From Psammoneis japonica (taxonomy: Eukaryota): 22,926 bases of DNA. The position numbers and the translations under genes are program-made. Positions 1 to 8,671 of the stretch are shown piece after piece. The DNA lies in contig QPGO01000007.1 of NCBI GenBank assembly GCA_008632985.1, positions 868,001 to 890,926 of the forward strand, given 5' to 3'. Under the pieces are notes generated by a model. The model did no database searches and was not told the DNA's origin. It saw only the letters and a list, made by a program, of their open reading frames with translations. How positions within the stretch are numbered: position 1 is the first letter of the stretch; every line of letters begins with the position of its first letter.

Positions 1-1242
1 CATGAGCTTGTACACACCTGGATCTCCGAATGCTTGCACCGGCATCTTTCCTTGCTCGGCGGCTCGTTGGCGTGCCTGTGCGTCCATGCAAGATTGATGC
101 TGCTCGGTCGTGAGTCCATCGATCGCCCTCACCACTGGTGCGATGTGATGGGGCGGAAGTGCAAGCTCGTTCCGCCCTGGCAGGTCAAGATTGACCTTCT
201 GGTCGAAGTGCCGCATGAGCACTGCATTCGGGGGCTGGGGCATGGTGAGCCACTCTCGCGCAATGGCCGACATGTGGGGGTCCGCCGCCGTGGCGGTGCA
301 TGCAACCTTGAGACAGTCCAACAAGGGACGTGTCGCGTCGACCTCATTCCTGGCCGCAGCCGCTCCAAAAATCTGTGTGAAGGCTTGCTTCGGGGACAGC
401 CCCCCTGGGAGAAGTACGTTCATGCAGGCGAACGGGACGTGCATCGCAAGTCGAGTGCGTGCTTCCACCGTGTTTGCTGCGTTCGGGTCCGCGGGGTCTG
501 CCAACCCTTCAGGGTGCGCCGTGATCTCTGTTGCCATCCCCGCATCATCTGGGACAAATGTGCCAGCGGCGGCAAGACCCATCTCCTCTGGCGGATGCGG
601 GACCACTGTGAACTGGTTGGCGACCAGGTCCCCGGCCAGGGCGCAGGCATTTCCGTCCCACGGCTGTGCAGGCCCAATGACGGCAGTCGGGCAGGTTGAA
701 ACGCGGTGGTGCACCTGAATCGACCCTTCATCGGGTGCGCCCTGCGCACAGCAGAGGCGCACTGACGCCATCGGCACGTTGTGCTCGGACGCCGCCGACA
801 CCCTCTGTGCCAGGGCCTGAGGGTTGTAACGAGAGGCCCCCTGCACACGGGCGGCAAAGTCAATCATGGGCTCCGTGTAGACTCCTTGGTGGGGGTCCTT
901 GGTGTTCGTCGCGAAGAAATCGTGGCAAGTTCGGAGGTTCCCCTGTTGGGGAACCTGAGCTGCACCGGCCTGCTGTGCCGGTTGGGCAGCTGCCTGTGGC
1001 TGCACGCCCGGCCCTCCTTGCGGCGCTTGGCCAGCAGGCACACCCGGTGGTGGCTGGGCTGGTTGCCCTGCTTGTGGCACGGGATGCACCGGCAGTGGCG
1101 GTGCGCCCGGTGGTGGTTGCGGTGGCTGCCCAGGCGGTTGCCCGTCACCGTGATTCACGGCGTTTGGCGGTTGGTCACTCACACTGCGTGCCGTGTCGAA
1201 TTCTTTCTGCGATGGAACAAAGACGGCGGAGGTGTCCTGCAT
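1..1242 (-). mobile_element. Long ORF running off the left window edge; putative ORF1/gag-like protein of a diatom retrotransposon (possibly tyrosine-recombinase DIRS/Ngaro type), TpA-eroded
   Basis: My translation of the minus frame from ATG 1242 to base 1 has no stop, so the track misses it. It reads MQDTSAVF..., a Pro/Gln/Gly-rich stretch (QPPGQPPQPPPGAPPLPVHP), then RTCHDFFATNTKDPHQGVYTEPMIDF, IQVHHRVSTCP...PWDGNACALAGDLV, RTRLAMHVPFACMNVLLPGGLSPKQAFTQI...PLLDCLKVACT and DLPG. It is GC-rich compared with the flanks. The family call rests on recalled similarity to diatom repeat-borne ORF1 proteins; no RT or recombinase domain is in the window. Confidence 0.5.
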
Positions 1243-1460
1243 CGCGGTCTTGTGGCGATTAAACCATGCTGACGACCGTGGCTTGTCTTTGTCGATCTTG
1301 AAAGAATGAGACAGACCGGTGACCGAAGAAAAACAACAACCAACCCTTGCAGCACGTTCAACGTGCGCACGTGGTTCAATGGGCAATGGGTCTTCTCCCT
1401 GATTCTGGCACTGGATGAGGACAGCAATTGACACTGACGTTGCCAGCTTCTGCCAAAGAA

Positions 1461-2406
1461 ACTGACGTTCACGATTGCAAAGTTCCACTTTCTCCTTGAC
1501 AGTGTGAAAAATGAGGTTTGGGTTGTTGCAAGCTTGCTCCAACACGAGTGCCCAAATGCCATCAGGCACCTCTTGATCGCGCACCACTCACAAAATGTTT
1601 CGGCAAAGTTTGATTTCCGCCCTCAGGTCCTCATCCATGCCTTCCCACAAAGCACAATGTTCAGCAGTCCAATTCTGCTTCATGCCTTTTACCAGCACAG
1701 CCTTGCCAACGTCACCAAAAGAGTTTTGCTCAAAATCCACCTCTTCGAGCTTGTTGCTTCGCACAAACATCTCGCCCAATGCTTTCGCACCTTCATCTCC
1801 AATGTCGTTCCCACCAAGGAAATTTTTTTTAATGGATGTGTCATTTTCAAGCTTTCGTGCCAACGATTTGGCTCCCTCATCTTCAATGGAGCAGAGCAAC
1901 AAATGTGCAGTTTTGATGGAGGAACTCTTCTGTGGAAAGTCTCCGATGCACTCTGCACCCTCGCCCCCGATTGGATTTTGGGAGAAGCCAACAGACTCCA
2001 TTCCTGTGCACTGTGCCAATGCTGAAAAGAGTGACTTTGTACCTTTGGGGCCAATGCCATTGTTCGCAAGGTTGACAGAACGCAAGAGAGGCATCAACAG
2101 CAAGACTTGCGACAAAATCTCGACACCGTTGTCCCCAATGTTGCTTTCGGTCAAATGAAGTCCATTCAGCCTTGGAAACAAAACAAGCACTTGACACAAA
2201 CGGCTGATGTCTTCGGGACCAACGTTGTTGCCATTGTGGCATCTGCCTCCCAGACTGAGGTCCCGCAAGTTGCCAAAGGATGGAAGGACGTGGCACAATT
2301 GTGCAATGCCTTCATCCCCGACATCGCCACCGGAAAGATGGATGCTGTGGATCTCTCTCGGGTTCGTTTCGGTCAAAACCTTTTGCAAGCCTGTCAAATG
2401 TGGCAT
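1461..2406 (-). pseudogene. RNI-like (NLRC3/RanGAP-type) leucine-rich-repeat gene with an in-frame TGA; hypermutated, probably pseudogenised
   Basis: Repeats of the LxLxxNxIGDEGAxxL type (GDVGDEGIAQL, SNIGDNGVEIL, NGIGPKGTKSL, NDIGDEGAKAL). First ATG is at 2406. After TGA at 1588-1590 the same frame continues VVRDQEVPDGIWALVLEQACNNPNLIFHTVKEKVEL, which resembles the usual C-terminal motif of diatom RNI-like proteins, so the TGA looks like a nonsense change (CGA->TGA). The 3' end is approximate. There are no Tyr residues. Confidence 0.75.
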
Positions 2407-2780
2407 GGTGACTACAAGAGACGCAACAACAGCAACAGAAGCAGGCACATGTGCCGGGCAACAACCTCATCATTGTGGTTTTGAATGAAAGCGTGATGCC
2501 GAATTTTGAACTGGATACAACGGCTTTCTACTAGAGACTGCTCTTGTGTAGAGTAGGAGGCCGACAAACTGACGCCATACAGACAACTGCAGTAGACCGC
2601 GAAATAAATTTTGGCGCGCTAATAGCTGGCGAGCATTGGGGGCGCGACCAGAAAATAGAAAATACGTTTACGTACTGTAGCAGGGCCCTCTTATCTACTC
2701 TATGATAGAGAGAGAAATGAAAAGACGCATGATACCTGTTCTCTACGTTTAACTAGTTTCCTTTTGTAGCACAGCGCACT

Positions 2781-4696
2781 CTAGTGGTCAATGTATGGCA
2801 CAATACCCATCTTCAAATGACCATGTGCAGCCTCCCTCCCGACATGATGAGCAGAAACGTCGCTCTCTTCGCCGGCTTTCGCTTCGTCCCAATATCCAGA
2901 GAAAACGGACCGAACCTGAACCTGGTTGTTGGCACCCTGACCGTAGGTCTTACCGCAAACCAGAACGATGGGATCGCCCTCCTGTGCCATTTTGGATTTG
3001 CACACTTCGTTGCAGACTTCTGTAATGAGCTCATCGGAATCTTCGAGAGAATCCACAACAAAGCCGTAGACACCCTTGAGGTATCCCGTGCACTGACGAG
3101 CCACGGACGCAGACGGTGTGAGACACAACACGATACAACCAGGTCGGTACTTGGCAATGTTGCGCGCCGTGTTGCCGGTTTCACTCAATACCACAATGAA
3201 CTTGGCCCCAATATCAATGGCAGTCTTGGCGGCCGAAGAGCAAAGAGACTCGGAGGCATTGAGAGCGTGACGACGGACGACAGTGTTACGAACCGACTGA
3301 AAAAGCTCATTGAAGTTCTGAGACGACTCTGCCTCACAACAGGTCCTGGCCATAACCTTCACTGCCTGCTCAAAGTACGGTCCGTTGGCAGTTTCACCAG
3401 ACAACATGACCGCGTCAGTTCCGTCAAAGCATGCGTTGGCTACATCGGAGCACTCGGCGCGTGTAGGACGTGGATTGGAGATCATTGATTCCAACATTTG
3501 CGTCGCGGTAATGACGGGCTTGCCAGCGATGTTGGCTTCTCGGATCATGTACTTTTGAGCCAGGAACACTTTGCTGGGAGGAATCTCCATACCTAAACGA
3601 GAAGCAGAACACACAATACAAGATCAGTTGAAAGGTAATTATGACTTGGTAGATGCTCTTGTGCACTCGTTGAATCACCTACCCAAATCCCCACGAGCGA
3701 CCATGATGGAATCCGTAGCGTTCAAGATATCCACGTAGTTTTCCAAGCCCTGTATTGAGTATCAACAAAGTAAGAAAAGTAGTCGTAGAACTGGTGACGG
3801 TAAAAGAGTCTCAGTACTCACCTCAAGGTTCTCGATTTTCGATATGATTTTGATATCTTGCCCGCCATTGTCGGCCAAGATCTTGCGGATCGTGAGAACA
3901 TCCGACTTCTTACGAACAAAACTCGCCGCAATATAGTCCACTCCATTTTTGATACCAAAGTTGACAATATCATCGATATCCTTCTCTGTCACGGTGGGTA
4001 GATCGACAACAACTCCTGGAAGATTCATGTTTTTGCGTTCGCCAATTGCAACGTCGTTCTCGATCCGGCATCCAACCTCACCTGCCGCTTCGTCAACCTC
4101 AAGGACAGTAAGAACCAGAGAACCATCTGCCACGAGGATTTGTTGACCCGGGCTGACCGACTTGGCAAGGGAAGGATATGAGCAAGCGAGTTTCTTGTTG
4201 TTTCCTTTAAAAGCATAGTCGGCCGTCAAGACCAGGGTTTCCCCCTTTTTCAAATAAATCTTGTCGGCACCATCTGCGAAAAAGCCAGAGCGAATCTCTG
4301 GACCCTTGGTATCCAACAAGACGGCTACAGTATTAATATTACAGAAGATCGACAAGAGGATTGAGCATGATGTGAGAGAAGGGGTGAATGAAAACAAAAC
4401 TGGTAGCGAATCATTGTTTCCTACTTACCGATGTTTGAGTTTTTGTTCTTTGCCGCCTGCCTCAAACGATCCAAGCAGGCCTTGTGCCCAGCGTGGTCAC
4501 CATGAGAAAAGTTGAATCGAGCAACATTCATTCCGGCATCGATGAGAGTTTCCAATTGCTCAACTTCCCAACAAGCCGGTCCCAATGTGCAGATAATCTT
4601 GGTACGGCGAGAACCAACAATGGTGGGACGCTTGATCATATTGAGGTCCACAAAACCACCGGCAAGCATGGGGATATCAGACGTGTTGGAAATCAT
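2781..4696 (-). CDS. PK: Pyruvate kinase, 4 exons: complement(join(2781..3592,3683..3749,3822..4324,4429..4696)), about 549 aa
   Basis: Motifs RRTKIICTLGP, ARFNFSHG, LLDTKGPEIR, ISKIEN, IMVARGDLGMEIP, ATQMLESM, PTRAE and DAVMLSGETA. Three GT-AG introns (4325-4428, 3750-3821, 3593-3682) join in frame to 1650 nt. No obvious targeting presequence. Confidence 0.97.
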
Positions 4697-6884
4697 GGTA
4701 GATACTTTCTTCTTTTGCTTCCTGCTAATCAAACAGGAAATCTCTTTTTTTCTTCTTTTTTCAAATCGTTTGATACCGTCTATTGTGTGTCCACGTTGCT
4801 TTTGTCGCCCTTAGAATGATGGGCTGTCAATGTCGAACGTGCTGTCATGCTTTCATGTGGCGTGTCAACGACGTCGGAGGGAAAAAACGAACCACGTCGA
4901 CCTTTACGTGGGTTTGTAGGGCAGAAAGTACGTCATCGGGCTATGTGTACAAAATTTTGAAAATTCAATATGATCTTCCAGTCTGAAGCTATCTAAATGA
5001 TCCTCATCTGAGCGAAGAGCGAGAACACGCACCATGTACCATGACGGTACCATGCACCATGCTCGATGGAAAAAAAAAACATGAAATTGATCGAGGGTGC
5101 TGTACAACACGTTTGTTGCTTTGAATGACAACCACTGGCTCGATTTTACAAACAGACTCGCTTGAGTTACCGGTATGCTGTCGCAAGACCCTGTTGCAAG
5201 GCCAAGTTGAGGGCTTCGGTTGCTCAGATCGTCTTCACCTTTTTTCTGCGGCAGGCCAGCGAGCTCAGTGTGAAAGTGCGTTCGACACTGCTTTGCATGT
5301 GGAAATTGTCGAAAATCGAGAGCGGAGATTTGTTGCTAAGACGGGTTCTTTCTCGGTTACAGCCAGCAACAGAAGAATCATGGTGCTCAAACACTTTGCG
5401 ACGCGCTGAACGACCGTCAAACACGCCTCTCCCTCCGAATAGAGACGCAGTTGCATTTCAAATCCGCACTCTGTTCCAGTACACCACACATCATAAGACT
5501 CGACTTTTCTATGCATTGACTCCAAAATAGAGATCCGTTGCAGAAGTGAATGACCAAGGACGACGGACGAGACGACTTGATGTACATTTCAACCACATGG
5601 CCTCTGGAGACATTGCAAAAGGCAGAGACAAGCCTCCAAAAGACACATGGTCAATGCGCAGTCGACTACTGATTAATCGGTGGTCCTCGGAACGGAATAA
5701 GGACTGGCTCATCTCGCATGGGAACGTCCAAGTGGCCGCAACTGTCCCGCCTCAACCCATTGATTGAAGGAACAACACTTTCCGTAGTAGAGCGTTGTTC
5801 CGTGCGACTGTGAGTTCCATAGCAGAAAAAATCCTTCCGAGTGAGATTCAATGCTGCAAGTGCCTTTCCACAGTGTTGCGCCCAGCTAACGTTCAACGAG
5901 TGACCCAGCTACTCGTGCCGGCTATCCTCGTCCCACTGGAATCGTCACTTGAAGGCGTTCGGTAGTGCATGGCGATGAAACTTGGGTAAAGATGAGTCCC
6001 GAGATGACAGCTGTTAGTAAAGAGCAAAAACGAATGGACTTAGTACCTACAAATTCATAAGGAGAAGACATGAGGCAAGCATGAGAAACCTGAAACCTGT
6101 CATGGGGCACGGCGCAGCTCATTACCCTGATACGAGGAAGAGTTTGCCGGTGAGTATAAGCGCACAGTCTTCCGTACCGGTACGGATCTCATGCACGTCA
6201 TGTCTCACCACTCTTTCCTTTTTTTCTTCTTATTCAGGCAATCTCTAGTATGCTCTGACGCATTCTCCTGAACCACTCACGGAGGAATACATCCACACAT
6301 TGTCTTGTAATGCCGCTACTGAACGTCTGGAGGCTGCTGGGTGCATTACGTTGGAAGAAGCAGAAGTAAAAGACTCGCTCTCCGCCGAAACTGGTGTGGA
6401 GGTAATCTTTTGCTCTAACCTTCTAACATATGATTGTTTCTCTATCGTTGGTCTATGCTCACCGACATTTGTTGTGTACAACACAATGAAGATTACGTTG
6501 CCATCATTGATTGAAGACGAAGATGAACGAAATGCAGTGAAGAAAACTCTTCTCCGGTCTAGAGACCGGTACCTGGAAGAAAAGCGTGCGAACACTGGAT
6601 TCATATCCGGGTGCACATTTGTGGCACTTGCAATGAGTTTTTCGAAATTCGTACTGTTTATGAAGCCGGTCGAGAAGCTTGGTATTAAGGTGCGACTTGG
6701 CGATGTGTCATTTCGAGAGGCGGGTGATAATGGGCCAGCGCGATGCTGGATTTAGGTTCGAGGCAATGTTGGCTGAGACATGTTTGGAGGAGTAATTGAG
6801 TCGATATTCTCGTCTCATCACGAGACGTTGTCTCATTCGTTCAAATAAGGCTTGGCTGCTCCATACACAACTTGGAAACTCGTA

Positions 6885-7144
6885 ATCATGAAAGCTGCTA
6901 ACTGTTCACAACAAATGCTAACTCAAAAGACACGATGTGCGCTTACTAAGCATCCTCTTAGCTTTCTTGGCGAGCATTACAAATGGAGCCATTCGACCGT
7001 AGCTTCTTCTTTGTATCATAAAAGCTACTAATTGTTATCAACGAATACTAACTCAAACGACGCAATACACGCTTAGTAAGCATCCTTCCAGCTTTCTTTG
7101 CGAGCATTCCAGACAAAGCCAATCGACCGTAACTTCTTCTTTTG
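6885..7144. repeat. Diverged 130-bp tandem duplication (6885-7014 and 7015-7144) of the 3' end and downstream flank of the HA-repeat gene
   Basis: Ungapped alignment at offset 130, e.g. ctaactcaaaaga..gcttactaagcatcc..cgagcatt..tcgaccgtagcttcttct vs ctaactcaaacga..gcttagtaagcatcc..cgagcatt..tcgaccgtaacttcttct. 18 mismatches in the 95 nt counted (6918-7012 vs 7048-7142). Confidence 0.9.
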
Positions 7145-7783
7145 TTCGGCCGTCCGGGTGCTTTTGCGAACTCTTTGAAGCCGAACCCAATTGCCGAGAC
7201 GAGGTGTACTCTGAGGAACCAGAACATGACCATGGGCTTTCTTATATTCCACCAAGCGCTGGAACATTTCGTCCCAGGTTTCAACAACCTTCCAGCTAAA
7301 GCCAATCGCATCGAGCCATTCCTTTCGTTCCTCAGACAGGTGACCCGTCTTGAAGAAAGTCCTTTGATTGTCAACCCATTTCCCGAGCTTTTTATCAAGC
7401 TTGTACTTTTGTGGTACGAGACAATTTCCATGCGCTTGGCGATAGGACTCGAGCTTGGCGTACATTGTATCCCACTCTTCGTGTTTCTGAACGCTCCATG
7501 CAAAATTAATAGAATCAAGTTTGTCCCTACGTTTAGCCGGCATGCTCATCTTCTGACTCCGTTGTTTGTTGATCCATCTTCCTAACTTCGGGTTATCTTT
7601 GAAGTTACGCGGAACACAGCAATCGCCATATTCATCCTTGTACTTCAAAAGCTGATCGTACATGGCTTCCCATGCCTGATCAGCGGCGGCGGCGGCTCCT
7701 TTGCTTGTACCTTCCACCACCTGCTCTGCTTTTCCACGAAGCTCGTCTCTTCCATAGTAGATTCGGGAATTGATACAAGGCAT
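7073..7783 (-). CDS. Helicase-associated (HA, PF03457) repeat protein with three HA domains; may be truncated at either end
   Basis: Three units of W..MY..L..YK..HG.C.VP......LG.WV..QR.........R...L..IGF.W. The ORF ends at WKDAY*, which looks like the start of a fourth unit. Confidence 0.85.
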   Translation of the reverse strand: MPCINSRIYYGRDELRGKAEQVVEGTSKGAAAAADQAWEAMYDQLLKYKDEYGDCCVPRNFKDNPKLGRWINKQRSQKMSMPAKRRDKLDSINFAWSVQKHEEWDTMYAKLESYRQAHGNCLVPQKYKLDKKLGKWVDNQRTFFKTGHLSEERKEWLDAIGFSWKVVETWDEMFQRLVEYKKAHGHVLVPQSTPRLGNWVRLQRVRKSTRTAEQKKKLRSIGFVWNARKESWKDAY

Positions 7784-8671
7784 GATTGCTCCTCGAGTTG
7801 CTCTTGTGAAATGGCATCACTTTTCTCTGCTTTCTTCCTTTGCTGGCGAGTTTACCATTAAAATCCGACTTTGTGAGGAGGCGTTGAGTTGAGATCGCTG
7901 TTCGCTGTAACATGTGCTTCGCACCAATTCCAGCCACATGCATTTCTTATGTCGAAGAAGCCAGTCATAAGACTTCTTTGAACATATCGACCTGAGGAAA
8001 TTTTAACTTGTCGTCAAGAGAGATCATAGGTCTTGGTCCTCCTTCACTGCGTTGGACAACTACCGACTACTCATGCCAACGTCAAACGTCATACTTTCGA
8101 TGCTCACCAAAACAAAACCAGAAACAACCTTATATACAACAAACACGAATCTCGACAGCTGAATAGCGTCTCTTGCCACGAGGCCGTCGTTTGTGGAATA
8201 AGCGCATATCTGTTGCCATCATGGTTTGTACGGTATGTGGTGTGGACGACGGTGCGGGAAAAGAAAGATGCTGCGAGCGACTTGGGTGGTTGAAATGCTT
8301 TCTTCCACTATGAATACTTTCAATTGAACAATAAGTCATTACAAGACATAAAATTTAACGTATCATTATTCAAACAGGTATAAAGATTTTTGTTTTTATA
8401 CCGACACGTCACTATAAATAATATATACTTATAATAATACTCAACAATCATTTCTTGACATATGCCCTGAAATAGACATTAGATCGGTCATTTTGCGACG
8501 CCCACTTTTTGCATTGAAACCGAAAGCACCAAGAGGAACTTGGCCAAAACAACCGCATTGACGTTGCCACTTCGCCGTCGCCTTCGATACGACACAATAG
8601 AGGCAGTTCAGCTGACACTCCTTCGGGATACATGGGACACCTTACGAACTGTGAAGAAAATAACGAAAAAT

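Larger units (their letters stand above)
1..2515. other. TpA-depleted domain
   Basis: Hand count finds TA only at 11, 415, 827, 878, 1260, 1690, 1830, 2040 and 2413. There are 23 TA in 2516-2760 and about 20 in the 812-nt last PK exon. Confidence 0.95.

Noticed and set aside
1588..1590. TGA as selenocysteine or programmed readthrough
   Set aside because: No redox motif or SECIS is evident; CGA->TGA nonsense in a degraded gene is simpler.
34..2488. Many overlapping 100-220 aa ORFs on both strands
   Set aside because: By-product of TpA loss (almost no TAA/TAG) and high GC; the translations are Cys/His/Arg-rich with no domain signal.
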